In this document: positions 22,100 through 37,792 of the stretch, in pieces | How positions within the stretch are numbered: the first letter of the stretch is position 1 | Layout: every line of letters starts with the position of its first letter | Origin: Neoechinorhynchus agilis | Taxonomy: Eukaryota; Animalia; Acanthocephala | Direction: 5' to 3' | DNA length: 64,000 nt | Assembly: GCA_051530055.1 (NCBI GenBank) | Contig: CM121342.1 | Span: forward strand, 9,687,480 to 9,751,479 | Notes under the pieces: model-generated | Databases searched by the model: none | Seen by the model: the letters and a program-made list of their open reading frames with translations, nothing else | Told to the model about the DNA's origin: nothing | Translations under genes and position numbers: made by a program

Positions 22100-25000
22100 T
22101 TACGTTTTCGCATTTATACCACGCGCTATTTTAGCTTTTGCGTTTCCTTGAATCGATAATTTCCTCATAAGATATAAATAAGCGTCCAATGGCGATTTAA
22201 CGATTCTTTTCGTTGATCTCAGTGCCCATGCCGGTTCCAGGGCAATTGGTCGAAAATTTGTTTGAACCGGGAGGCAGGGAATCGTTCGTTTAAGAGAATT
22301 TAGTTTTCCCATCCAATAAGAATTAGTTTGTACACAAATCGCTAGACTTGGCGCATGTCTAAGTACCTTTCCAAGAAGAACTGAAGAAAAAGCGAGAGTT
22401 TGTGGATTCTTTGAATGTCTAATAAGTAGACAAGTAAGGAACAGTACGCAATTATGTTCGGGATCAACTTGGTCACTATTAATATTTGCCTCCAAATAGT
22501 CTACAAACGATTGAACACTCTGTTTACAGATAGATATGTTTAGTAAGAGAGATAAAATACATTGAATGATCGCTTCGTGATTGGGTGATCGGTTACAATT
22601 AGCCATCACATCCATTAGGACATTCAAACTTTCGGTACTTTGTGCCAGTCGAATTGAACAACCAGCTGACCAGCTCGTAGTGATTTCTAGCTCACCGGAC
22701 GCTTTATGAACAATGTACAGATGCGAAGTAGTTTTGAGAGCATCGATAGCTCGTTTAAATCGCTTTCCTAAAGTCTGTCGTTCATCGCATTTAAACTCAG
22801 TTGGCTGAGTTGGCGAACAAAGTGATGTGTATTGTGATTGGGTCGATTCTAATAATCCATTTAAATGATGAGCATTTATAAATCGAAAATACGCTCTCTC
22901 AATTACACGAGCACTGTGAAGCAGTAGACGGAATCGCTTTCGCCAGTACGAACATTTTGAAGTGCATTTGAAGACAAATGCGATCTTGTAAATATCTTTA
23001 CACCGGACGACGTTCATTCACTCAAAGACAAACAAGATTAGTCTATTTGGAAAACACAAAAAACCACATCCACCAGACGCGCAAGGCAATCAAGACGAAA
23101 AGAAGGAATGAACATCGCCTTTGGCTATTAGGTTCACTATAGTTTACCAGAAACGATATTGGTGAAAGACTTCGTCTTAATGAAACATCCTCGTCTTCAT
23201 ATGAACGAATCGAATCTTCAGAAGATGATGAAAGCTCAACGATGCTTTCTTGTTGGAGTTGAAACGTACAAGATGATAACGACGAAACGTACTCCTGAGT
23301 GTTCAATGAGCTCCTTATTATAACCGACAGATCTCGTGGACATTTAAAATCGCCCTTGAAACTTGGAACGATTACCCGTGAAAGTCGTAAAGATGGCAAT
23401 CGTAAATCAATAAACCTTAAGATTGACGCCCTCGTACTGAGGGAATTGTAAACGACACCAGAAATCGGTTTGATGCGATTTAAGAACTTGTTAGTCGACA
23501 TTGCTTTTGATAGATGCTTAGCAGTGGTTGAAGTTATCCCTAGATTATAATCAATACGAGGAAATACAATTCGTGAGATAGATAGACAAGACTTGTGCGA
23601 ATTGTATATCGTAGATTTTTGTGCCGAAGAATTATACACTAATTTGAGTCTTCGTGTTTTTTGAACGTTAGGGTAATTAAAAGGACACGAAAAGGCCATT
23701 GATATTACTAGACATGACTTACGCATATCCGAGAGTTTCTTGAATGAACGTGTCTTATTCAAATCACGGAACATCTTAGATACCTGTTTAATGGCTTCAA
23801 AATCAGTGAAAGATGCTGAATTCTTAATGGTCGAGATTAAATTTCGCTGTAGCAAAACTCTTGAGAGAGTTAACGATGACTTAAGAGTCACATAAACATC
23901 ATTGATTGTTCCATTTGTGTCCTGTGATTGGAAAAACATCTCGGATATTTTCTTAATATTGTTAATCCACATTGTTGATTCGTTGTCCGATAAAGGAATC
24001 ATTTGACACGAGAAAAAATGTGCAGATTTCCAAAGACGAACTATTTTGCTCAATAACTGAACAGTTATTATTGATCGAAGAAACGTGGTGATTAATCTTA
24101 AATCTACACTATAAGGAAACGCAATGACATCAATTGATCGACATGATCTGAACAACTTATTTAAACCAATTATTGTTTCCGTTCGGTCTTTAAGATTATA
24201 AAAAGATTTTGCCATTACATATTTTCTTTTAATATCATGTGAAATCGGTTGAATTGCCCGGGATAGATGACATGTATTGATCGATATGAGGGACAAATCA
24301 AGCAATATTTTTCGATCGAATATCATAGTTGAAACGTTTACAGCAGCAACATGTAGACGATACAAATCATGGCGACGAGGGAAATGAAATCGGATTGTCG
24401 ATATTCTTAGACAGGTAGTTTGCAGCCTTGATAGATCCGTGATTTTATCTCGAGTTTTTCGATTCTCAATGAAAACCGCCGAGATCTTCTTTATTTGAGT
24501 GACTCCAACGTGAGTGGTGAAAGCAATTGAGGATCGTATAAATGTCGACAGCGCTAGAAGTGATTGTCGTAGCTTTATTATTTCTTCATAAGACCGATGC
24601 GAGTTTTGTATAACGTTGAAAATCCTGATTGAATTTGAAAGTTCAGCAGCGTGTGTGGTATGATCAGAAAGCACGCATATCTCAGACAATCGAAAGATAA
24701 AACTCACTTTCTGATTGATTAAATAAAGTTGTTCGGTAACAATAATGTTCATTTTAAACACATTCGCGAGCTTTGCCGACCTTGTGTGTTCAAATAAATA
24801 CGTTAAAGTTGAAAAAGCGATTTTACCCAATGCGATCTTTAAAGCTGTGATTTTAGTTATTCCTTCGGTGGTTGACTGGCGCAATTTTAGTTCGAGAGAC
24901 AGTCGCTGGCATGAATCGGCGAGATTCTGGAACTGTTTTCGCTTAAATCTCGGTTTAGTGGCCTCGGATATTGAAGATACGCTAAGCAATAGTGAGGCAA

Positions 25001-28000
25001 ATGTTGAATCTTGCCCTTTCATTAGGGCGCTGATTTTTCTCACGTTTGGTACCTCATGACTCACAAAACAATTTTGAGCGAATCCAATCTTCTGAAAATA
25101 TTCGGAGGCTTTAAGTGTTTCCGCTGTTAAGGTTTTTGTCTTGCAAACATGTAAGAACATTTTATGCAATTCGAATCCATTGGATATAACCATATCATGG
25201 TGATTGTTCAATCTTTTAAAGATTCTGTTGATTGCATTCAAAATGTTCTTCACTGCTCGATATTGAGCATTTACTTGAACAGTCGAAGAAAACGCCTTAA
25301 CCGACTCCAAAGAGCGATATACATAGTATCGTTCGATTGATATCGATGATTTTAAGCAATATTCGAGTCTCTTAATAATATCAATCATTGGAATTAAATG
25401 GATACGTTTTTGACGAACAAGCATATTTTGTTTGATCAAAGACGTAAAATCGTTCATTATCCGTTCGTGCTTATTGAAAATGTTTTTAAAGAATCTCCGA
25501 GTTCGAAATTTGAGCCAAGCGTTCCATATGACTCGCGCTGACCTTTGTTCAGTTTGAACCTCGAGCAATCGTGAAGCTAGAAAAGCTAATTGAAGGACAA
25601 CACATTTTTGATCAGGCAGTGTTCCTTCTACACAATCAGATTTCGTCTTTAAGGCGAAATGAGGTGATCGGCCAAGATCGTAGGTGGCCTTTGATACCGC
25701 CCTAAATATCCCAAATGCTTTTTGTGGTGCTTCATGACCATTTACTGTCAAGTCTCGACTGGTGAGCAAATCAGGACGATAATGTGATATTATTAGGTAT
25801 GGTGGTAGACCACTGGAAAATGAAGATGTTAAATTATGCAACTTGAACCCTCGTATTTCACATATAAGATATGCCCATTTGAACAAAAGTCCAATTATCC
25901 ATCTACCCTCTGCAGCTTTTTGCGGCGGAAATAACTTTGAGCTGGCATCGAAACTTCGCTCAAAGTCCCGATCTTCTGCCTGGCATTCGTCTTCTTCGTC
26001 TTCAGTTTGTATAGCACCGAGTCTTTTGCTCTTCACTTAAAGCATTTAAAGAATAAAGATTAAAGTTGATTATTTTGGATTTAGAAGCACGATTGGACAA
26101 ATTTGATGCCTCAAGAGAAAAAGTTTAGTACACCTCTCTATGGTTAAGACAAATTAAAAATGTAACAAACATCTTTTAAACGAAATACCAAATAATGACA
26201 GGCGCAAATGGACTTTGATTACCGAAGTTTCCAAACGAGTTTTAAACAATAATAATTAAAAGAGAATAATTCTCGATGTTCTAACAAACCTACAATCAAA
26301 ATAAAGTGTATTTTGAAATTTCACATCCGAGTTGTGTGATCATTATTTCTTTTTATAGATGCGAAAATCCAGGTTTGGAGAACAAGCAAAAGAAGCTGAT
26401 TTTAATTCAAGTGCAGCTGTAGAATCTTACTTTTTAAACCTTTAAAAATACGGGAAAATCAACGGCACAAAATTCGGTACGTTTAAGAGCAGATTAAGCA
26501 AAAGCTGCTTTTCCATTTCTTCGCTAGTTTTTGACTGCATTGACCGGCTATATCGTTTTAGGAAAAGAATTTCTCGGGCGATCTCAACCACATCCACAAC
26601 GTGTTCGAGTTCGATTCCAAATACTATTCGCCAAAGAAGATCGAGCGTTTGTTTTTTATTACCAAGTGCGAGGTTCCTTGCATCGATTCCACTTAAGTTA
26701 AGTTTAAAATTATTGGACAAAAGCTCTAAAGCATATCTGTGGTTCTGAAGTTTAAGAACAACACTTGAGGCAGGACATCGAATAGAAAATGAATCAAGTT
26801 TAAGTTTTTGCCTACGACAAAGCATTTCTGCAAGACGTGCAAATCGTATTCCATCACGCAAATCCGTATTGATATCATTTAGATTACCGATCAAGCAATA
26901 TTCTTCGATCGGTTTCTGTGAACATTCAGCTGAGAATCCAGCATTAAGTAGTATCTTCATCGTAGTGAGTGCATTAGTAAGGATGAATTCTCGTGAGAAT
27001 TTCATAATAAGATCATGAGTTGATTTTACAGTGCTGCTTGAGGTGAACAAACAGACCGTTTTGAGTTCTGTGTTCAAACGTTTGGCCAGATCAAGAAAGT
27101 GAGCCACTTTGAACACTGTCCATACAACATGCCAAGCGATTTCTTCTTTGTGTCCATCCTTAAAAGCTCTCAAAAGATTAGGAATTGCAAATCTTCGTGA
27201 AATGGATGTGTTGTCAAGCACCAGTTGTTTAATACATCGTTTCAATAGAGAATCATGTCGAGTACGGGAAGGAAATAGAGTTTCTAAGGTCAATTTAAGC
27301 AGAATTGGATTATAGTTGAGCATTAGTTCACAGACAAAATCGCGAGCACCGGCATCGAACGTGAAATATACGTTAGGTTTTAGCTCCAATTTTCGTCGTA
27401 GATCAAATTCGGCTTGTTCGAATCGACAAAATGAATTGGCTTCTTTAATTTGCAAGGATAATTGTGATTTTAAATGAACATATGACCTGGTGATTTCCAA
27501 TTGTCGTGGGCAATTATCTTCTAAAGTATCATCAATCGTCGTACACAATGGATTCGAAAGGATGTGGTTCAGCCATGCAAGTAACGCTTGTTCTTGAAGA
27601 TTAAGAACATTTGCTTCGTTTGGTGGTGGTGGTGGTGGAGATCTAAAATGGTTTGAATCACATTCTTGATCATCTAGTTCAAAGAAGTTGTTGAGTTCTT
27701 TGAGTGGTATTGGATTGGGTGGTGTGGCACCTCGGACGAGGATTAATCGATCGCCGTCTTCTCCAGTTAGCCGTACAATCTTAGGAGTTAAATCATCGCG
27801 AGATTCAGTGAATGATCTTTTTCTTGGAAGATACAATGGATGACCAATGAGTGAACATTCGGGTTCAATTGAACAATTTGGTTTAAGAACTTTAAGACGT
27901 TTTCGCTTAGTCTTTTTGTTTTCTTCGACACATGAACCGAAAGCAGTGATTTGAAGACTAAGTCCACTGTTAAGTTTAAGGACGATAGTACGTCTGAATT

Positions 28001-28250
28001 GTCCAATTTCATTAGGAGAAGAAGAGAAGGTCACCATGGACGACGAGAGTGCATCCACGGTCAATTCAGAAACGTTTGATTTGAACTCACGAGATGAATC
28101 AAGAAACCGAACGGTGATTGGTTTCTTCGTAGGATTAGAGAACACTAAGTGTCTTTCAACAGCCATAGAACCAATTGGAATTGAACCAAAATCCAACTTA
28201 GGAACTTGTTGAAACGGAGCGAGTTTAAGAACGATTGTATCGTCCGTCAT
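22100..28250 (-). CDS. ASPM: Abnormal-spindle (ASPM-like) protein, at least 3 large exons
   Basis: N-terminal ASH-like region (KLDFGSIP...LVFSNP), CH domains (DLRDGIRFARLAEML; LLFKW...SFSSG...IISHYRP; PDQKCVVLQLAFLASRLL), a long degenerate IQ-like region and a helical C-terminus. Exon junctions near 26040-26470 and 23000-23080 not fixed. Confidence 0.85.
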
Positions 28251-28634
28251 CTGTGGGCAATAAAGAGGCCGGGGCGCAAGGTTTTATGCGATGATGACCA
28301 AGCGAGGCGCGTTTCGTATGTGCGTTATGGCGAAGCGCCAAAAGATTAATGAGGCAATTAAAATGTGATTAGACGAGAGAAATAATCTATTCACAAAGTT
28401 TAAATACTGGTTTTTGTTTGAAAAGAAAGGTTTAATCGGTCAAAATTGGACTTTTTTCTTTGAGTCCACGAAAACAATCGGATTCAATCAATTGATTCAA
28501 CCTTGGTTTTCGCTCTTATCTTTGAAGATTAAATTGTTTATGGCACAAGAAAAAGTGAAGCAATTTATTGAATTCGATTGTTTTCAAAGAAACAAACAAG
28601 TTTGTGCGTAGAAATATCGGATTTATAAAAATTG

Positions 28635-28865
28635 ATTCTCAATGGCGAATTGTAACACACTCGAGCTTTAGTATTGAAATATTCATTGCGAATGTTCAAG
28701 GCTTCAGCCTCCTTCTCAAGCACCTAAAAATGGATGTAGTGGGGTGCCTAAGCCTTGACTCGGGCCCCAACACACCCATTTTTAAATGCTTGAGAAGGAG
28801 GCCTTGAAAATTCGCAAGATTGATTTCAATAAAACTCGAGTGTGTAACGATTCGCCATCGAGAAT
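28635..28865. mobile_element. Fold-back/MITE-like imperfect palindrome
   Basis: About 105-bp arms (attctcaatggcgaat... / ...attcgccatcgagaat) around a loop of about 20 nt. Confidence 0.8.
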
Positions 28866-29409
28866 ACACATCCACTCGGAGGAACAATTGGATAGAATAA
28901 AAATTGATGTAACTTCCATGCCGAAAAAACAATCGGATTTAACGAAAATTCGTTTAATTTTCTACTGCCATAAAAAACCATTCAATACAAAATTATTTGC
29001 TTGTTTTGTGGCGGTGAAAAATTAAAGGAATTAAATCCAATTGTTTTTAGCACGAAACATAATCTTGAACGCTTTTTGATCAAAGTTGTCAGTGCGGATT
29101 AAACACTTTAACAACATTGATCAAAATGCGTTCAAGATTGTTTCGCGTGCCGAAAAACAATCGGATTTAATTCAAATTCATTTTTCACTGCCATAAACAA
29201 GCATGAATAATTCACTCTTCAAACACAAAATTATTTGTTGCCTTGAAAAGTTTTTAGAATTGCAAATTATGTAGTTAATGGATGCTGCCGCGTCGACGCC
29301 GATTAAATTAGTGAACTTCTCAAATTTTATAACTTTAGACTTGGTTTACAGTTCAACACTACCTCGTTCTACGTCCAGCTCCTATCAGTTAATCACAGTT
29401 CGATACACA

Positions 29410-29750
29410 AAACGTTCTTTAACTTTCCATTATTTGTTGTTCGGAAGCACCACTTTTAAAGAAGATGGAATCCGCAATCTCTTAAGGGCATTATCCATCT
29501 ACTTATTAAAATAGTGCTCTAAATCTGGATTTATTTTTTGCGGCTATAACGACTTTTCTTCAAACTCAAAAATACCTCAAGGAAACGTTCCTTTGTTTTC
29601 CATTATTTCTTGTCCGTAAGCACCACTTTTAAAGAAGCTAGAATCTGCAATCTCTTGAGGGATTATCCACCTACTTATCAACTGTTGACAAATGATAAAT
29701 CTTAAAGGCTGTAACGAGTTTTCTTTAGGCTTAAAAGTACTTCAAGGCCC
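29410..29750. repeat. Diverged tandem duplication, unit about 172 bp, 2 copies
   Basis: aagcaccactttt...gcaatctctt...ttatcca.ctactt occurs twice. Confidence 0.75.
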
Positions 29751-30449
29751 TTAACTAAAACTGAATCGATTAAAACAAAAACGTTCAAGAAAATATTAGT
29801 TTATTTCGTCTAATCTTTTCCGGCGAGCATTTCGAAAGAGGTGAAACCTCACGATTTCCTTTTTTCAAGTTGTGCGTATGGATTTTTTTCGAGGATAAAA
29901 AGAATAAATAAAGGACTCTTAAATATAATTCGGGTTTAATTAAAGAAATGCGCTCTTATTTTGCTAACCTCCGTTCGGATGTACCTTACGAAAACGTGCA
30001 GCCTACAACTCTTCGCTTTTTGAAGATAAAGTGAAATACCAAAAACGTTGAACAAAACATGAGTGTTTGTCGAAAACTCCATTCTATTTTGGTTTATTCA
30101 GATGCTACCAATTCTCTTCAGAAATCATAAATTGTTAAAATTATAGCGATCATATGAATTTTCTCATAAATTCAGTTATTACATCTAAAGTCGACTATTA
30201 GAAGTCCGAACATCTTCAAATATATTTTTTTAATATGATATAGAAAGTTCTTGGAAAAATGTAACTCATTTGACGAAGCGTGTCCCCAGGAACGTATTAA
30301 AATATTGTGAGCTGCTGATTTCAACTTTTTTCTGTGTCAAACCCTTTGACTTTTCAACTATTCCACCGAAGATGATCGGAATAATTTCTGTATTTTTATA
30401 GCGGAACTGTAAGTTTAAAAAAAATACTTTAATTTTATACGTTTTTTTC

Positions 30450-31415
30450 TTCGACTAAGTGGAATATGTACCTATAAATGCAGCCACCAAAATCCTCGAG
30501 AATTCAATGGCTTATCAAATAGCGTAGAATGTAATTCGTATTTCTTTGGTTTATCTAAAAAGCAGACTGTCACTCGCAGTCTTTATTGTTTCAAAATTAT
30601 ATAAGAAAATTAAAAAGTATAAAATATTATAATTGTTCTCGACGTGAGCGCGTTCGTTCAAACCTTTTTCCAACTATTCTTTTTTTAAATTTTTATCCCA
30701 GCTAGAATCCTTAATGAATACCTTCGCCGGCGCTATTGTTTCTATAAATACATCTAATATAAGCGCACTCATGCGAAATGCTGGTTCCAATAGTAATATT
30801 TATCGTTTTGATCTCTTCGACGAGGCGTGAGAGATTGTCTGTTAGCGTTGGGTTTCGAGTCTGAGACCGTATGGAACTACATAGTTTCTTTAAAAGTCCT
30901 ATAATCTCGTAGTTACATAATACTACGGACGACGGGACGTAAATTCGGACGACGGGACAGTATGACACCTGCGTATATTTGATGGGCTTTGAGAAAAATT
31001 AAAACACCAGGGAAAAAATCCTTCAAATATAACCTTCAACGATTTCTTTATAGTCTTTATCCATGGAGTAGATATTTTTGGTTTTCTATTCAAAAGATGG
31101 GACTAGGTCAAACAGACCAAATAATGATTAAAAATGGAATTTATCCTCCGAACTGCTTCTAAGACTAATATTGTTTCAAATAATTAGTCATATCGGAAAT
31201 AACTTCAAATAAATCGTGATTAAAGTGCTTATATAACCATTAATAAGTGGCCTAAATTTTGTTTGAAGGGTGATTTTCAAGATGGACTAAAATCAAGATA
31301 AACCTTGATTGTGAACGGAGGCTCCTAGGAAAATATTCTGTAGCTCGGTCAAAGATTTGTGAAGAACAAGGACTTTGAGACTACGATGAGAAAATGATGA
31401 TGAATGTCGCATGTT
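30450..31415 (-). CDS. Probable multi-exon gene of unknown product
   Basis: One clean exon (cag/GTGTCATAC...GGCGAAG/gtatt, about 30720-30968) plus upstream candidate exons (MRHSSSF..., ...MDKDYKEIVE/gt). Full structure not resolved. Confidence 0.35.
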
Positions 31416-31580
31416 GAAAATAGCAGTAAATTTAGGTTCATAAATTTTTTTGTTTACCCTTTAAATTTTGTTTATCGGTCAGAAGATTAATATCACTGAA
31501 TAAAATCAGTTCGAAATCCGAATGATGGGCAATTTGTCTGAATTTTAATAACAAACATCTCAAAGCATACCGCGCACTTT

Positions 31581-33575
<1,995 letters not shown>

Positions 33576-33654
33576 CTAACAAATAATTCAATACTTTTTT
33601 CTATCATAAAAGAATATGATGTCAATTGAAGACATTGAATTTGGTGGGAAAATT

Positions 33655-33960
33655 AATGGGAATTTATTGATTCCGAGATGATAACAACCTTGATTAAAGA
33701 CGCGTTCAAGATTGCGCCTGTGAAAATAATTGGATTTAACGAAAATCCTTCGCTTTTTTCAGTGCCATATAAAAATATTCTTTCTTTTGGTAGTTTTGCC
33801 ACCCGGGTTGCTGCAATGACAAACTTTGGGAAAATGTCGGAATTATCCGAGAGGTCAAATATCGGGGAAATAAATTAGTGAATTTAAATCCCCGGGGTGG
33901 CAAAACTAAGAAAAAGAAAGTATCTTTTCCCCCGAGGACAATATTCCGTGAGTCTAAGGA
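33655..33960. repeat. Dispersed repeat with a near-identical inverted copy at about 63370-63650
   Basis: Core tgtcggaattatccga...gaaatatcgg...gggtggcaaaact; related pieces at about 10430-10570, 32050-32200, 37480-37620 and 63660-63800. Confidence 0.85.
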
Positions 33961-34586
33961 ATTAAAGCTCATTTGAATCAATTTGTTCACAAAACGTTTC
34001 GCTTACTCCAATGATAAGTTTTACAATATTGAATCTAGTCAAATCGTAATCGGAAAAATATCTGAACAATGAACAAATCAGTAATTGATTCGAAGGAGTC
34101 TTTAATAGTAGCAAGTTTACTTGAGTTGATTCAGCCGAGAAAAAATTTGATAGACAACATTCTCAGATAAGCAATCAAAGATAAACTTCTCAAATAACGT
34201 TCAATCACTCAAATTCTAACCCAATCAACTCGAAAGAAAGTCTTTGTACGATTGAGATCGATAATATTAGTTTATGTATTGATTTTACCTTTTTTGCACG
34301 TTTTGTGCTTTATTATTGTAAAAGTTTAAAAAAGGAGATTGACAGCGTTTTTACTGCTTCAATTAGTTTAGAAAAAAGGTACTCTTTGAAAATATTTTTT
34401 AACAATTAAACTGCCCATTAATTTCTTCGTTTTTCGAGTTATTCAATTCCGCTGAACATTGATGCATTATTCATTTTTAATATTTTGTAGAACCTTTTCA
34501 CCTTTGTAAGAAATATCTGTCTTTATCATTAAAAAATAGTCACTCATTAAAAACTTCGGAGGTTAGATACTTTCTTTTGGTAGAAC

Positions 34587-34742
34587 ACCGGATTTAAATT
34601 GAAAATTATTATTTCCGGTATTTCACGTCTTCGGATAATTCCGTCATTTTTTCACAAGGTTTGCTATGTCTTCGAGTTTTTCTAATCTCTTTATCCGACG
34701 ACATGAAATATCGGAAATAATTATTTTCAATTTAAATCCGGT
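34587..34742. mobile_element. 156-bp MITE-like palindrome related to the dispersed repeat
   Basis: Terminal inverted repeat accggatttaaattgaaaat / attttcaatttaaatccggt. Confidence 0.8.
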
Positions 34743-35055
34743 GAAGATGTTATAAGTACCAAAAGATCATCTTTAGTTGAGCAAGAGTTTTGGAAAGCGC
34801 ACAAAAAATATTAATTTTACCATGCAATTATTTTCCTTCGCGGAATGACAGTTTTTTGAATCCGTTTTGCTAAGAAGCTGATTGAATCAGTGACGGAATG
34901 CTTGTTGATTATCCTCACCATTATGCTTTCCTTTTTTGTTTTCGTTTGTTGTAGTGGCTGTTTTTACCAAGGTTAATCTAACAATCACGTTGGTGTTTTT
35001 TATACTGCTTCCATCGTTAATTGATTTTCTCTCGAATGAAAATTGGACTTTTGAG

Positions 35056-37167
35056 ATGCGAAAAAGCGACACACCGACCAATAGAAGTTCGAATCACACA
35101 ATATTGATGGTATCCGATTTCTTCTATCCTCAATCTGGTGGAGTTGAAACCCACATTCAGTTTTTATCGGAATCTCTAATGAAGTTAGGACACAAAGTGG
35201 TAGTGGTAACTACTCAAAAACCAGGATTCTACGGTGTGAAATAATGCTCCAGAGATTTTGTTAACGCAGTTAGTGTGTGTCTTTAAACAAAATCCTAGAT
35301 TTCTACATGCGTGTAAATCACACTGATCATCTTAAAGTGTACTATATTCCTTCATTTTCAATCTACAGTGGAGCGTCTCTTCCAACAATCGTTGTAACCG
35401 GTCCTTTAATCCGCTCAATCATTCGGCGAGAAAATATCAGCATTGTTCATGGTCATTGCACTTTTGCAAGTCTTGCTCATGAAGCAATGATACATGCGAC
35501 AATCTTAGGCATTCCGACGGTCTTTACAGATCATTCCTTATTCGGATTCGCAGATTTGAGTTCGGTTATTGTACGCCAAGTGATCACTCTGTCGTTACGG
35601 TGTGGAGCAAGAAGGAACATTTGTGTTTCTTATACAAGCAAGGAAAATCTTGTTTTGAGAGCGGGATTAGTCCCATCGGAGGTCTACGTAATTCCAAATG
35701 GAGTTCAATCATCGGAAATTAGAAAAAATTGTAGGAATCAAAGGTCTTCAGATTTGAGTAGATGTGGTATTTGTCGCTCCATAAAAGTGTTCAATGGACT
35801 TCGGACAATAAATAACCATACAGTGACTATTGTACGAAGTGCTCAGAATTTCATAATGATTGGTTCATCGCTTATACTCCTCTTTCGATTCATTGCACAA
35901 AAATCACTTTAAAATGTACAAAACTAGATTTGTTATGGCATTCTGAAATCGGTTTTGGTTTATTTTGAAATACATTAACAATTCTAAATTTCCTTGCAAA
36001 CATGTATTATCAATAAAATTTTATTAGGTTCGATAATAAGAAGATTTTTGTTCGACTCTTTGAATAAAACGTATCTTTAGGTTCTTTCACCAGTAAGATA
36101 AATTGATGAAATCACCGAACAACAATCGAGTATTAATATGTAGGGATTTTTAGACACCATGTGATTGAGTTATTGAGTGATATTGATACAGACGAATTTT
36201 ACGAGAATTCCATATTAACATTTAAGTCATTTACTGACCACAAATGACCGTCCTCGTAATGATTGTGTCAATAAAAGCTTAAAACGATACGTTTCCCTTA
36301 AGAAATCCCTTCGTTTCAGCGTAATTTCACCTGTTTATTTTTGTTGTGTAATTTCAATGCTATTTTTAATTTAAATTTTTTTGAAACTATAGCAAAATTT
36401 CGAAGGTTAACATCTGAACAGTTCCTGTATTCGCATCAAGAATGGAACACCGAAAGGGAGTTGATCTATTGATTCCAATCTTAATCCAAATGTGTAGACG
36501 TGAGCCAGACGTGGCATTTTTGATCGCCGGCGATGGGAGAAGAGCAAACGATATCCGAGAAGCAATAAAATCGAATCAATTAGAGCGGCAAATTCTTCTA
36601 CTCGGGAATGTAGAACATCGCCACATGGGATGTCTTCTCAGCAAAGGAAATATATTTTTATCATGTTCACTAACAGAAGCGTTTTGTATTGCAATCGTTG
36701 AAGCAGCGGCGGTTGGTCTTCTAATCGTGAGTACGCGAGTTGGTGGGATTCCTGAAGTTTTACCGAGTCCTGGACTTATGATGATGGCTGAACCAAATGT
36801 CAATGATGTCTTGCGCGTTCTAACAAACGCGATTGAACGGGTTAGAAGACGAAGACGGAGACCTATATTAGACCGATATTTTACATGGAAAAAGTATCGA
36901 CATCAAAATGAAATTTTAAGTAAACTGCATCAACGCAAAGCCATTGACAGTATATTAAATGGCAGCTATAATTGGATGAATATAGCCAAGCGAACAGTCA
37001 ATGTGTACAATGAAGTCAATGGTTTGGAAAAACTTGGAATCTATCGAATGATTTGTCTAGCGATCTCAACTGGATTTGTTTCTGGTCCACTCGTTGGTTT
37101 AGTTATCGTCATTGATTTCTTATTTATTAAGCTGTTTGACTTTATAGATCCATTGATTACTCATTAA
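35056..37167 (+). CDS. PIGA: GPI GlcNAc-transferase catalytic subunit PIG-A
   Basis: [44 protein letters not shown] and [28 protein letters not shown] motifs plus a C-terminal TM helix; at least two interruptions. Confidence 0.95.
35835..36429 (+). other. 595-nt insert (putative non-canonical intron or TE) in PIG-A
   Basis: TGTA direct repeat (35831-35834, 36426-36429) and symmetric inverted repeat gaagtgctcaga / tctgaacagttc (10 of 12). Removal gives [15 protein letters not shown]. Confidence 0.65.
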
Positions 37168-37792
37168 TGGAGAGTTCATCTATAAATGAACTGGGAATTT
37201 TGGATTCTACGATTAATGGGAAAATTGCTTTGTGTGGGTGTCTAAAAAGTTAATAAGGTTAGTTTAAAAATCAAATCTTACAAGAACAATGAATCCGATA
37301 TTTTTTTGAAGGTAATCACTCTTTATGATATGAACATTGCCTTAAACTTTCTCGGAATGTTCCATCTTATTCGCCAATCTGGTTAGAAACTTACAAAGAT
37401 TAAACGAATTTACTTTTAACCACAAAAAATATTTCCGCCTCCAAGTTTGCGCGACCTATTGAAAAATCTAAAATAATGTCTTTGATTATTGTCTTCGATA
37501 GGAAAAAGATATTTTCTTTTGGTAGTTTTGGATTTATTTCCGATATTTCACGTCGGATAATTCCGACATTTTTTCAAAACATTTGTCATTGCTTTTAAGT
37601 GTTTAATCCGCACACTTGACAATTATCATTTTCGGTATTATTCCGTTATTTAAACTGGACGTTTAGATCAAATTTAAATGTAACTATTAGGTGAAACAAA
37701 AATGTGGAAATAGGTAATTGCCGCATTGTTGCTTATCCCTATCAAGCGTCCAATACAACTCATGACAAAAATTTATAGCTTTAATTAACGTA

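Noticed and set aside
26030-26470. One-base phase offset at the ASPM intron as evidence of G insertion or editing
   Set aside because: A nearby acceptor (gtgaag/AGC) restores phase and the region is too divergent to fix the junction.
35234-35309. First PIG-A interruption as a non-canonical intron (TG repeat, GATTTTGTT/AACAAAATC stem)
   Set aside because: An in-frame GT-AG intron (35234-35298) exists and the local alignment cannot discriminate; left unresolved.
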